From: an uncultured Candidatus Saccharibacteria bacterium
GTDB taxonomy: Bacteria; Patescibacteriota; Saccharimonadia; Saccharimonadales; AWTP1-31
Reading direction: 5' to 3'
Assembly: GCA_964643545.1 (NCBI GenBank)
Contig: CAZXTE010000002.1
Span: 18,587-82,586 of the forward strand
Length of the DNA stretch: 64,000 nucleotides
The position numbers were made by a program, and so were the translations under genes. Below the pieces are notes generated by a model. It made no database searches, was not told the DNA's origin, and saw nothing but the letters and a program-made list of their open reading frames with translations. This document shows, piece by piece, positions 1 to 9,601 of the stretch (positions within the stretch are counted from its first letter, which is position 1; every line of letters begins with the position of its first letter).

Positions 1-1382
1 ATGCATACGCCACCAGCGCCAAGATTGCTAAGCGCGTAGGACCGTTTGCCGGCTATCACAAAGACCAAGAAGGCATGATACATGTCCTAAAGATGCACCG
101 CGAAGCAGTCAGCCAGATTGACGCAAGTCTTGTCTCAGAAGAGCTGCTCAGTGCTGCGGCCACCGCATGGGATGAAGCTGTTGAACTGGGCCAGCTCTAT
201 GGTGTACGTAATGCTCAAGCGAGTGTATTGGCGCCAACAGGAACAATTGGGCTTATGATGGACTGCGATACGACGGGTATTGAGCCGGATCTTGGGCTTG
301 TGAAGGTTAAAAAACTGGTTGGCGGTGGGACAATGAGCATCGTTAACCAAACAGTGCCTCGCGCACTCCGTACATTGGGCTATACGGATAAGCAGACCGA
401 AGATATTGTGGCCTACATTGATGTGGAAAAAACAATAACCGGTGCACCGCACTTGAAGCCTGAGCACCGAGATGTGTTTGCTTGCTCCATGGGTGATAAC
501 TCTATTCACTATCTTGGACACGTTAAGATGATGTCAGCTGTCCAGCCGTTCCTTTCAGGAGCCATTAGCAAGACTGTTAACATGCCCGAAGAGGCAACCG
601 TGGAAGATGTAGAGCAGCTTCATATTGATGCTTGGAAGATGGGTCTCAAGGCTGTAGCTATCTACCGCGACAACTGTAAAGTCGCGCAGCCACTCAGCAT
701 GGCAAAGAAGGAAGGCAAAGCGGACAAAACAGTTATTGAGTCCCTGAACGACAAGATAATTGTGAAGGGCGCTGTCCGACGTGAGTTGCCCAAGGTTCGT
801 AACGCCAAGACATTCTCGTTTACGGTCGCTGGCAGTAAGGGCTTCGTAACGGTTGGGGAGTTCGAGGACGGGACCCCTGGTGAAGTGTTCATGAAGATCG
901 CCAAACAGGGTTCAACCTTGGCCGGCGTCATGGATGCGCTCGCGATATCTGTTAGTTACGGTTTGCAGTATGGTGTACCACTTAAGAGTTATGTGTACGG
1001 TCTGACCAACATGGCCTTTGCGCCAGCGGGCATAACAGACGACAAGGAGATCCGTACGGCATCATCACTGGTGGACTACATCTTTAAGAGACTCGCACTT
1101 ACGTATCTATCTTTCGACGACAGGCTAGAGTTGGGTATGGCGTCTATAGATGATATGCCAGAGGCACAAACAAGTCTGCTGGCCAATGACACGCCCGAAG
1201 AAAAGTCAAAACCCAAAGAAGTTGTCTATAGCGCGGCCGCTGAATCACCAAAGCCAACGGCTAACCGACCAACCAAGAAAGACGACACAGCACCGATGTG
1301 TTACAACTGCGGTAACCAGACGCAACGCGCAGGTAGCTGCTATGTATGCACCTCTTGTGGTTCAACAACAGGCTGTTCCTAG
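1..1382 (+). CDS. nrdJ: Class II (adenosylcobalamin-dependent) ribonucleotide reductase, C-terminal part; 5' end outside window
   Basis: Frame 3 is open from base 3, so the M at 75 in the ORF track is internal. Translation contains VLAPTGTIGLMMDCDTTGIEPD and AIYRDNCK, typical of NrdJ. The C-terminal tail is Cys-rich (CYNCGNQTQRAGSCYVCTSCG). Confidence 0.85.
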   Translation, partial: AYATSAKIAKRVGPFAGYHKDQEGMIHVLKMHREAVSQIDASLVSEELLSAAATAWDEAVELGQLYGVRNAQASVLAPTGTIGLMMDCDTTGIEPDLGLVKVKKLVGGGTMSIVNQTVPRALRTLGYTDKQTEDIVAYIDVEKTITGAPHLKPEHRDVFACSMGDNSIHYLGHVKMMSAVQPFLSGAISKTVNMPEEATVEDVEQLHIDAWKMGLKAVAIYRDNCKVAQPLSMAKKEGKADKTVIESLNDKIIVKGAVRRELPKVRNAKTFSFTVAGSKGFVTVGEFEDGTPGEVFMKIAKQGSTLAGVMDALAISVSYGLQYGVPLKSYVYGLTNMAFAPAGITDDKEIRTASSLVDYIFKRLALTYLSFDDRLELGMASIDDMPEAQTSLLANDTPEEKSKPKEVVYSAAAESPKPTANRPTKKDDTAPMCYNCGNQTQRAGSCYVCTSCGSTTGCS

Positions 1383-1408
1383 GCAAGAAAAGCTTCGCTT
1401 ATGGTAAA

Positions 1409-1702
1409 ATGGGGCCGATGAGAGTGGTAATTCTGTATCGGCCCGATTCTGAGCATGCGCGCGCGGTGGAGACATTTGCGCGAGATTTGCGTTATCGTCA
1501 TGACCGTAGGGTTGAGCTTGTTAACCTATCAACGCGTGCAGGCGCTGCAATGGCTACGTTGTATGATGCAGTTCAATACCCGTCGATCTTGGCTCTGGCA
1601 GACGATGGCCGGATACTACATCGATGGGAGGGGCCAATCCTTCCGCTCATAAACGATGTTGTTTACTATGCGCCCGACCAATTGCAGTCACACAAGATCT
1701 AA
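1409..1702 (+). CDS. Hypothetical small protein, glutaredoxin/NrdH-like fold pattern but without cysteines
   Basis: ATG at 1409 lies 27 nt after the nrdJ stop. The pattern VVILYRPDSEHARAVETFARDL ... YPSILALADDGRIL resembles a thioredoxin-fold protein. SEHA sits where CxxC would be. Confidence 0.5.
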   Translation: MGPMRVVILYRPDSEHARAVETFARDLRYRHDRRVELVNLSTRAGAAMATLYDAVQYPSILALADDGRILHRWEGPILPLINDVVYYAPDQLQSHKI

Positions 1703-1924
1703 GGTATAGTTACCGTTGTAAATGCATTCCGCATATGCGGATAAGTGGCTATCAACCACGAAAGCAGCAAGCAGAAATCGTTAGAGAGTAGATCTTGCCG
1801 GGTAGGCCCGTAATAGCCACAAGTGAGAGCTAAAGGAGTCGTCTCTTTTGGAAGCCAGATGGTACCGTCCCAAACAGGGATTCTGGCAGTCAGAAGTGAC
1901 GACTTTTCAATTAAAAAGGAAACA

Positions 1925-2713
1925 GTGAAATATAAAGCCATCATAACCGATCTAGACGGGACTGCAGTTAACTCGCCAATAGAGAAGCGAGCGACTAAGC
2001 GCTTGGCAACGGCCGTGGCAGCACTAGACAATTTAGGAGTTAAGGTTTGTGCAGCTACTGGGCGAGCACCAACATTTGCAAAGCCAATGCTCGAGAGCAT
2101 GAATTTACAAGATCCCGCCATTGTCTCGGGTGGGACCAAGATTATTGACCCGAAAAGTGGTGATGACCTATGGGTTTGTGGCCTATCAAAAGACCAGGTG
2201 AGCATGATCAAACAAAGACTCAAGGGTTTAAGCTATGGGTTTTTGTGGAATGACTCAACCGAGGAGGATTATCTGAGCGGGGGATGGTCACTAGAGGCTT
2301 TAGATGAAATTGAGGACGTCTATTTTTTTGAAGTATGTTTTGTGCCTGCAGCTGAGCTTGAAAGTGTAAAGAGCTTGCTCGCCGGAGTTGAGGGCGTAGC
2401 AGTAACGGTGGTGGTCGCCCAGAAACCAGAAACGCACGATTTGCACATAACTAATAGTCAAGCCACAAAAGAACATGCCGTATATGAACTGGAGAAAATC
2501 ATTGGCGTAGATAGGTCAGAAATGATTGGCGTGGGGGATGGTCACAATGACTTGCATCTTTATAATGCAGTCGGTTATAAAGTTGCTATGGCCAATGCAG
2601 TACCGGAGCTTAAGAATGCTGCGGACAAGATTATTGGTGATGTAGTGCAAGATGGATTAGCGGAGTATTTTGAAGAACTAGTAAGGGAGCTAAAAAATGA
2701 AAAAGTGGTCTGA
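1925..2713 (+). CDS. HAD-IIB (Cof-type) phosphatase
   Basis: Motif I is KAIITDLDGT and motif IV is GVGDGHNDLHLY..MANA. Start set at GTG 1925, 5 nt after AAGGA. In-frame ATG 1859 and GTG 1823 are alternatives. Confidence 0.8.
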   Translation: MKYKAIITDLDGTAVNSPIEKRATKRLATAVAALDNLGVKVCAATGRAPTFAKPMLESMNLQDPAIVSGGTKIIDPKSGDDLWVCGLSKDQVSMIKQRLKGLSYGFLWNDSTEEDYLSGGWSLEALDEIEDVYFFEVCFVPAAELESVKSLLAGVEGVAVTVVVAQKPETHDLHITNSQATKEHAVYELEKIIGVDRSEMIGVGDGHNDLHLYNAVGYKVAMANAVPELKNAADKIIGDVVQDGLAEYFEELVRELKNEKVV

Positions 2714-3044
2714 TGAAGAGGGTGTAGAATTCCATAATAGTGATCTTTGCTATGGTCGAGAATACAATCCTCCTTCAGGGATGATTAATATTGCCAAAAT
2801 TTCAATTCGTGGGCGTTTCCCAAAAGATGGGTGGGGTTATCTAGAAGAATCACACGAGATGGCAGTAGTCACGAAGGGTTCTGGCTATATTCAGACAAAA
2901 GATGGGGAACGAGAAGATCTAATTGCTGGGGATGTCGTATATGTCGAACCAATGAAAAAATTTTGTTGGGGTGGCGATATGGATATGATTGTTCCTTGCG
3001 GTCCGGCATTTAGTCCTGATAGGCACAAGTTGGAGGAAGAATAA
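2697..3044 (+). CDS. Cupin domain protein
   Basis: 115 aa with a cupin-like core (HEMAVVTKGSGYIQ...GDVVYVEP). SD GGGAG lies upstream. It overlaps the HAD gene end, and its TAA stop shares one base with the ileS ATG (TAATG). Confidence 0.7.
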   Translation: MKKWSDEEGVEFHNSDLCYGREYNPPSGMINIAKISIRGRFPKDGWGYLEESHEMAVVTKGSGYIQTKDGEREDLIAGDVVYVEPMKKFCWGGDMDMIVPCGPAFSPDRHKLEEE

Positions 3045-5932
3045 TGAAGTTTAAATCAGGAACCCGAAGACGAGCATTAGAGTACGAAAAGGACCTTGTT
3101 GCTCAGTGGAAAAAGAACAAAACGTTTGAGAAGTCTGTCGAACAACGACCCAAAGAGAACGCATATGTATTTTATGATGGTCCGCCGTTTATTACGGGGG
3201 TGCCACATCATGGCACATTGCTTACCTCGATTGTTAAAGATGCTGTGCCGCGCTATCACACTATGAAGGGTAGGCGTGTTGAGCGTGTTTGGGGTTGGGA
3301 TACGCACGGGCTGCCAGCAGAAGTTTACACCGAGAAAAAGTTTGGTATCACCGATAGACGCGACATAGGTACAAAGATTAGCCTGGAAAAATACATAACG
3401 ACATGTCGCGAAAATATGATCTCAACGGGTTCCTTATGGGAAGATACGATTGATCGAATTGGTCGTTGGGTGGACTTTAAGGGTGCCTACAAGACCATGG
3501 ACAAAGAGTATATGGAAAGTGTCTGGTGGGCGTTTAAGAAGCTCTTTGAAAAAGGGAAGATTTACGAGGGAGAGCGTGTGCTGATGTATTGCACACGTGA
3601 TGCGACACCAATTAGTAAAGCCGAAGTCGCCATGGATAATAGCTACCAGGATGTCACCGATCCAAGTGTGTATGTGAAGTTTAAGCTTGCCCAGGAAGAC
3701 TCGTATCTGCTGGCCTGGACGACGACACCATGGACGTTGCCATCCAATAGCGCAATTGCAGTCAACAAAAACATTGAATACGTAGAGGTCGAGTTCCAAA
3801 ATCAGAATCTTATCATGGCAAAACGTTTGCTGGATAAGGCACTGTCTAACGACAAACACGAGGTCTTACCGTATAAGGTTCTGAGGACCTTTAAGGGCAA
3901 AGAGCTGGTAGGTAAGGCATATGAGCCAATCTTTGATACATATAAGGACATAGGGAAGAATGCGTTTAAGGTGTGGCATGCTGATTTTGTACATGATGAA
4001 GAAGGGACCGGTATTGCTCATGAGTCGCCGGCCTATGGAGAGGAAGATTACCAGCTCAGCAAAGAGGCTGGGTTCCCTTGGGTGATGAGCACTGATGAAA
4101 ACGGTATATACACCGATGGAGAATGGAAAGGTCGGCTTGTGTGGGACGTAAATAAGGAGATTGCCAAGACGCTGCAAGAGCGCGGAGTTGTATTCCGTAT
4201 CGAGTATATCCGCCATAGCTACCCACACTGTCATCGTTGTGGTACGAAACTTATGTATCGTGCGCACCCCAGTTGGTTTATGGATATTGATGGCCAACGC
4301 CAAGAGATGCTGGAGCAAAATAGCCAGATCAACTGGTTCCCGGATCATATTAAACACGGCCGATCTGAAAAGACGATTCAATCTGCGCCAGACTGGAATC
4401 TGAGCCGTGATAGATTTTGGGCAACCGCTATGCCTGTCTGGAAGAGTGACAGTGGCAAGACAAAGGTGATTGGTAGCTATGCAGAGCTGAAAGAACTTAG
4501 TGGCGTTGAGCTCGACGATTACCACCGCCCTTGGATTGATGACGTAAAGTTTAGTATTGATGGCGAAGAATATACACGAATCGAAAAAGTCATGGATTGT
4601 TGGTTTGAGAGTGGTAGCATGCCATTTGCACAGTTCCACTATCCGTTTGAGAACGTGGAGAAGTTTGAGCAAAACTTCCCCGGAGATTTTATCGTCGAGT
4701 ATGTTCCGCAAGTGCGTGCCTGGTTTTACTATATGCAGGCCGTGAGCGTGGGGTTATTTAATACTGCGGCGTTTAAGAATGCATTGGTGCATGGCACATT
4801 GGCCGGTAATGATGGCCGCAAGATGAGCAAGAGTTTTGGTAATTATACAGACCCCAATGTACTAATGGATCAATACAGTGCTGACAGCCTGAGACTACTA
4901 TTTCTTGGCTCGCCACTCTTAAATGGTGAAGATTTTTCTCTTCAAGACAAAGATGTTAGCGATGTGGCTCGTAAGCTGACTATGGTCTGGAATATGTATG
5001 ACTTCTTTACCATGTATGCAGAAGTCGATGGATGGGAGTGGGACGGGAAGCACGAGGACCCTGCCGAGTTTTGTAAGAACCCACTTGATACATGGATTGT
5101 TAGCCGTGTGCACCAGCTAACCCAAGAGATAGAGAAGCACATGGACATCTATGACATCCCGAATGCCGTAAAGCCAATTTTGCCGTTTATCGATGATGCA
5201 TCAAACTGGTATGTCCGCCGCAGTCGCCGTCGCTTCTGGAAAAGTGGTGATGATGAAGATAAAAACAATGCTTACCGAACGCTTCTCTACGTTTTAGTGC
5301 AGCTTAGCATGGTGCTGGCGCCATTCACGCCCTTTCTGGCCGAAGAGCTGTACCAGAAGTTAACTGGCGGTGAATCGGTGCACCTCCTCGACTGGCCAAG
5401 CGTTGGGCACATCGATGAGCTTTCATTAAAGAACATGGAGCTCGTTCGTTATGTGGTAACGGGTGCATTGTCAGAAAGAGCAAAGGCGGGCATTAAGGTG
5501 CGGCAGCCCCTTGCAAAAATCAAGGTGACTACAGCACATCAAGAACTCCAGGAATACATGGTCGATATCATAAAAGAAGAGGTGAACGTAAAAGAGGTTG
5601 GGCACGACATAAACCCAACGCATGATGATGTCGCGTTTCTACTTGATACGACAATCTCACCAGAACTAAAGCGCGAGGGACAGATGCGAGAGGTTATCCG
5701 ACAGGTTCAGAATGCCCGCAAAAACGCTGAGTTACAGGTGGATGATCGGATCGCGCTCAACCTTTATACAGGCAGCTCAGAGCTTGCAAGAGCCATAGAT
5801 GAGCACAAGGCTACAATCGCATCCGAAACGTTAGCTAAAAGCCTGAAGAGCGATCAAAAAGCTATTCTGAGCCACAAGACGACCGTTAAAATTGATGGCG
5901 CTGAATTAATGATTGAGCTCCAAAAAGCGTAG
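3044..5932 (+). CDS. ileS: Isoleucyl-tRNA synthetase (type 2-like)
   Basis: 962 aa. Class I signatures are PPFITGVPHHGT (HIGH region) and KMSKSFGN (KMSKS). The overall layout is that of IleRS. Confidence 0.93.
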   Translation: MKFKSGTRRRALEYEKDLVAQWKKNKTFEKSVEQRPKENAYVFYDGPPFITGVPHHGTLLTSIVKDAVPRYHTMKGRRVERVWGWDTHGLPAEVYTEKKFGITDRRDIGTKISLEKYITTCRENMISTGSLWEDTIDRIGRWVDFKGAYKTMDKEYMESVWWAFKKLFEKGKIYEGERVLMYCTRDATPISKAEVAMDNSYQDVTDPSVYVKFKLAQEDSYLLAWTTTPWTLPSNSAIAVNKNIEYVEVEFQNQNLIMAKRLLDKALSNDKHEVLPYKVLRTFKGKELVGKAYEPIFDTYKDIGKNAFKVWHADFVHDEEGTGIAHESPAYGEEDYQLSKEAGFPWVMSTDENGIYTDGEWKGRLVWDVNKEIAKTLQERGVVFRIEYIRHSYPHCHRCGTKLMYRAHPSWFMDIDGQRQEMLEQNSQINWFPDHIKHGRSEKTIQSAPDWNLSRDRFWATAMPVWKSDSGKTKVIGSYAELKELSGVELDDYHRPWIDDVKFSIDGEEYTRIEKVMDCWFESGSMPFAQFHYPFENVEKFEQNFPGDFIVEYVPQVRAWFYYMQAVSVGLFNTAAFKNALVHGTLAGNDGRKMSKSFGNYTDPNVLMDQYSADSLRLLFLGSPLLNGEDFSLQDKDVSDVARKLTMVWNMYDFFTMYAEVDGWEWDGKHEDPAEFCKNPLDTWIVSRVHQLTQEIEKHMDIYDIPNAVKPILPFIDDASNWYVRRSRRRFWKSGDDEDKNNAYRTLLYVLVQLSMVLAPFTPFLAEELYQKLTGGESVHLLDWPSVGHIDELSLKNMELVRYVVTGALSERAKAGIKVRQPLAKIKVTTAHQELQEYMVDIIKEEVNVKEVGHDINPTHDDVAFLLDTTISPELKREGQMREVIRQVQNARKNAELQVDDRIALNLYTGSSELARAIDEHKATIASETLAKSLKSDQKAILSHKTTVKIDGAELMIELQKA

Positions 5933-5978
5933 ATGTCTCTTTACAGGGGCGGGCTAATCTGTTAAGATCTCTTGGTAT

Positions 5979-6284
5979 ATGAAAAAAGCAGTCATAACAA
6001 CCGGTGGAAAGCAATATATCGTACACGAAGGCGAAACGCTGGAAATTGAGCTATTGGAAGAAAAGAAAAACCATACCTTTAAGCCATTGCTTGTCATCGA
6101 CGACAAAGACGTAAAAGTTGGCACACCTTACGTAGAGTCAGCTTCTGTCACGGCCACAACCGTTGATCAGGAAGTAAAAGCAGACAAAGTATTAGCCATT
6201 CGCTATAAGCCAAAGAAACGTGTCCATAAAATTCGCGGTCATCGACAACGACACACACTTATTCAGATTACCAAAATTTCTTAA
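5979..6284 (+). CDS. rplU: Ribosomal protein L21
   Basis: AVITTGGKQYIVHEGETLEIE ... RYKPKKRVHKIRGHRQRHT matches L21. Confidence 0.95.
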   Translation: MKKAVITTGGKQYIVHEGETLEIELLEEKKNHTFKPLLVIDDKDVKVGTPYVESASVTATTVDQEVKADKVLAIRYKPKKRVHKIRGHRQRHTLIQITKIS

Positions 6285-6435
6285 ACGAACGCGTCGCACA
6301 ATGCGAGAAATAGTGTCGTAACTATTAACTAGCCGTATAATACTAGCCGAGTAGTGCTTGCTGATTTTTGTCGTGTTTTTTTCGTCCCATCTGTGGTAGG
6401 CTTATGGTTATAGAGGACAGAGGCAAAAAATAGAA

Positions 6436-7200
6436 ATGGGAACGACGATAGCGGTGCTAAACCAGAAAGGTGGCGTGGGGAAGACGACCACTGCTATTAA
6501 TTTGGGTGCTTACCTTGCAAAACGGAATAAGCAAGTATTGTTAGTCGACCTTGACCCGCAAGGTAATGCAACGAGCGGCTTAGGCATTGATAAGCAAAAG
6601 CTTGAGACGACGATGTATGATGTACTGTTTGGTAATGTCGCCGTCGAGCAGGCCAGCAAAGATACGGCCATACCTGGGCTACGAATAGCAGCTACAAACC
6701 AGCAGCTTGCTGCTGCAGAGATTGATCTCGCAGCTGAAGATAAGCGGGAGTTTAAACTAAAAACAGCCCTTGGCCCCCTTGTGTATGACTATATTTTGAT
6801 TGACTGTCCACCCTCGCTCGGCCTACTGACAATAAATGCGTTAACCGCTGCAGACAGAGTCCTTATTCCGGTGCAGGCAGAGTATTATGCGCTCGAGGGC
6901 CTGAGCCAGTTGCTTAGCGTTATCCAACGGGTACGAGAGAGTCTTAACCAACAGCTCGAACTGCTTGGGGTGGTTGTTACGATGTACGACGGCAGAACCT
7001 CGTTAAGCGAACAAGTTTTAGACGAGGTACGAAAACATTTTGGCACCAAACTCATGAATACTGTTGTGCCACGAAATATACGATTAGCAGAGGCGCCAAG
7101 CTACGGAAAGTCAATCATGGAGCATGATAAGTGGTCCAAAGGCGCCAGAAGTTACAAGAATCTAGCAAAGGAGGTGATGGATCGTGTCAGCGCGAAATAA
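6436..7200 (+). CDS. parA: Chromosome partitioning ATPase ParA/Soj
   Basis: Deviant Walker A NQKGGVGKTTTAINL. The sequence is ParA-like throughout. Confidence 0.9.
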   Translation: MGTTIAVLNQKGGVGKTTTAINLGAYLAKRNKQVLLVDLDPQGNATSGLGIDKQKLETTMYDVLFGNVAVEQASKDTAIPGLRIAATNQQLAAAEIDLAAEDKREFKLKTALGPLVYDYILIDCPPSLGLLTINALTAADRVLIPVQAEYYALEGLSQLLSVIQRVRESLNQQLELLGVVVTMYDGRTSLSEQVLDEVRKHFGTKLMNTVVPRNIRLAEAPSYGKSIMEHDKWSKGARSYKNLAKEVMDRVSAK

Positions 7201-8056
7201 AGGTCTAGGCAAGGGGTTCGACGCGTTAATACCCACAAATTTTGACGAATCACTTTTGAGTGATAGTCACGACCGTATACAAACACTATCGGTGACGGTG
7301 TTGCTGCCAAACCCCGAGCAGCCAAGGCAAGTATTTGAAGATCAGCATATTGACGACCTCGCAGGCTCAATTAAAGAGCATGGCATCCTGCAGCCGTTAG
7401 TTGTAACGCCGCACGAGGATCGGTACTTCATTATTGCCGGCGAACGGCGTTGGCGAGCTGCTCAAAAGGCTGGGCTTAAAACTGTGCCCGCCATTGTCCG
7501 ATCTGTTAAACAACTTGAGCGTTTGGAACTTGCGCTCGTAGAAAATATGCAACGAGTTGACTTATCTCCTCTCGAACAAGCAGCATCAATTCAGTTTTTG
7601 CACGAGCAATTTAGCCAAGACTACGCGATGATTGCAAAACGACTAAGCAAAGCAGCAACTACCGTTCAGAACATTGTCCGCTTGTTACAGTTGCCAAAGA
7701 AGGTGCAGCAAGCACTCGCCGAGAAGCGAATTAGCGAAGGTCACGCCCGGGCTATTCTGGGGCTAAAGGACGAGCAGGCACAGCTAGCATTGCTGGACTT
7801 AATTATACAAAAGCGGTGGTCTGTACGAGAAACAGAACGCTACGTTGTGGCGCACAAACAGGGAGTAAAGAGTTCCTCTGGCGTACAAAAGCGTGTTGCA
7901 ACAACAACGCCACAAACCGAAAAGTTAGAAAAAGTTCTCAAAACGAACATCTCGGTTCGGCGGATGGCAAAAGGCGGAAAACTCGAGATAAAGTTTAAGA
8001 ATGAAACTGACCTAAAACGACTCGTTGCTTTGTTGGTGTCGCTAGAGAAACGTTAA
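7184..8056 (+). CDS. parB: Chromosome partitioning protein ParB/Spo0J
   Basis: GTG start after AAGGAGG. ParB box IIAGERRWRAA and an HTH region are present. It overlaps the parA end. Confidence 0.9.
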   Translation: MSARNKGLGKGFDALIPTNFDESLLSDSHDRIQTLSVTVLLPNPEQPRQVFEDQHIDDLAGSIKEHGILQPLVVTPHEDRYFIIAGERRWRAAQKAGLKTVPAIVRSVKQLERLELALVENMQRVDLSPLEQAASIQFLHEQFSQDYAMIAKRLSKAATTVQNIVRLLQLPKKVQQALAEKRISEGHARAILGLKDEQAQLALLDLIIQKRWSVRETERYVVAHKQGVKSSSGVQKRVATTTPQTEKLEKVLKTNISVRRMAKGGKLEIKFKNETDLKRLVALLVSLEKR

Positions 8057-8739
8057 AACGTCTTACTCTTACCAAATGGATAGACCCGTATGGCAAGCCG
8101 GCCAACAACATCTTTTAAGTCAATTGGTCCAAAGGAACGTGAGTCAAGAGAATTGGGTCTATTGTCGCCGCACACATAGATTTGATCTTGACCAACCGTA
8201 ATATCAATGTCTTCGCCAGGTGTGGTTACGATCACCTTGCCATATGGGCTGTCATCTGGCCGAAAGCCTTGAGGGTTGGCATCGTTATAGACTTTCAAGA
8301 TGCCGTCCTTAACCGTCACGCGCTCACCGGGAAGCGCCATGACACGCTTGATAAGCTGTCGCTTCTGGTTGCTGCCAAATTCAAAACTATCTTCCCTCGA
8401 GAATATAATAATATCGCCTCTTTTGGGCAGGTAGGCGCGGCCGGTTAGGCGAGCAATAGTTCGTGGCAACTTGTAAACAATGAGTCTGTCACGATTCTGC
8501 AAGGTAGTTTCCATGCTTGGCCCATCCACCTCATATGACTGGAACACGAATGCAGTAAGGGCGAGGGCAATCAGCGGAGCAATAACCAAGATAGCAATAG
8601 TAGATAGAATGCCTTTTATGTTGCTCTTTGATTCATTGTCGGACGGCTCATCTGGGGGGAGTGTTTCGCCTGCATACGGAGCACCGGTTGAGTTGGGCGG
8701 TAGTGTGGGGCTTGGAGGATTTGCCTGCGTGTTGTCCAT
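8053..8739 (-). CDS. lepB: Signal peptidase I
   Basis: The GPSMETTL serine box and GDNRPNSLDSR box are present, with an N-terminal TM helix. Start set at the ATG (complement 8737-8739), which lies 8 nt after a TATAGT -10 box (complement 8748-8753). Confidence 0.85.
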   Translation of the reverse strand: MDNTQANPPSPTLPPNSTGAPYAGETLPPDEPSDNESKSNIKGILSTIAILVIAPLIALALTAFVFQSYEVDGPSMETTLQNRDRLIVYKLPRTIARLTGRAYLPKRGDIIIFSREDSFEFGSNQKRQLIKRVMALPGERVTVKDGILKVYNDANPQGFRPDDSPYGKVIVTTPGEDIDITVGQDQIYVCGDNRPNSLDSRSFGPIDLKDVVGRLAIRVYPFGKSKTF

Positions 8740-8829
8740 AGTCCCCAACTATAGCGTAAATAGTCGAATCATGCACATGTTTAAATTGTCAGGCAATACT
8801 CAGCTTGTTTGCTATACTATACCTACGAA

Positions 8830-9579
8830 ATGAGGCAGTTAACCGACAAAATTAAACCCGCGAGCGGCTTCTCGCACTTTGTGCATATTCTTTTGAATTT
8901 GTTATTACCGGGTCTATTATTTGTTTTTGTTAGAATAGGTTTTTTCCAGCTAGCAGGTCTACTAATCCTGCTTAGTAAGTGGCGTATGTTTGCAGTTAAG
9001 CCGCGGCACTGGCCTGCCAATATACGCGCAAACGGTGTTGATTTGGTTGTCAGCCTGTCATTCCTGGTATTCATGACTCACAGTAGCACCCAAATGATGC
9101 AATTAATCTGGACGACACTCTTCTCCGTGTGGATCTTAGTTATTAAGCCGCGTTCTACGACGCTGGGGATCTCGGTACAGGCGACAATAGGTCAATTTGT
9201 CGGTCTCACAGCACTATATATTGCATGGGGCTCTCGACCCGCCTTTGTACTTGTTGTTGGGGCGTGGGTTGTCGCCTATCTATCAGCGCGTCATTTCTTT
9301 GCTAACTTCGAAGAGAACTTAACTCGATATCTATCATATATCTGGGCTTATGTGGCTGCCGCACTGACCTGGGTATCAAGCCATTGGTTGATCTTTTACG
9401 GTTCAATCTCTCAACCCGCACTGCTTTTGTCCGTAATTGGTTTTGGGCTAGGCAGCGTATATTACTTAGAGAAGACAGATAAGCTTACGACGGCCTTACG
9501 TCGCCAAATTGTATTCGTTATGTTGGCCGTCGTTATCGTGGTGTTAACATTCTCTGACTGGGGTGATAAAACAATTTAA
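8830..9579 (+). CDS. Hypothetical polytopic membrane protein
   Basis: About 250 aa with 6-7 hydrophobic helices. TGcTATACT (8810-8818) lies 11 nt upstream of ATG 8830. No recognisable family. Confidence 0.55.
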   Translation: MRQLTDKIKPASGFSHFVHILLNLLLPGLLFVFVRIGFFQLAGLLILLSKWRMFAVKPRHWPANIRANGVDLVVSLSFLVFMTHSSTQMMQLIWTTLFSVWILVIKPRSTTLGISVQATIGQFVGLTALYIAWGSRPAFVLVVGAWVVAYLSARHFFANFEENLTRYLSYIWAYVAAALTWVSSHWLIFYGSISQPALLLSVIGFGLGSVYYLEKTDKLTTALRRQIVFVMLAVVIVVLTFSDWGDKTI

Positions 9580-9601
9580 AACTAAAAAGGGAGGGTAGTT
9601 G

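Noticed and set aside
1728-1741. Perfect 14-bp palindrome TCCGCATATGCGGA after the small ORF downstream of nrdJ.
   Set aside because: It could be a weak hairpin or an operator, but it is short, lacks a T-tract and has no second copy. The evidence is too thin to call. The remaining ~180 bp up to the HAD gene start showed no recognisable SRP, RNase P, tmRNA or riboswitch signature.
6285-8100. Search for canonical parS (TGTTNCACGTGAAACA) around parAB.
   Set aside because: No match or near-match was seen in the parAB flanks or elsewhere in the window. Centromere sites are presumably located elsewhere.
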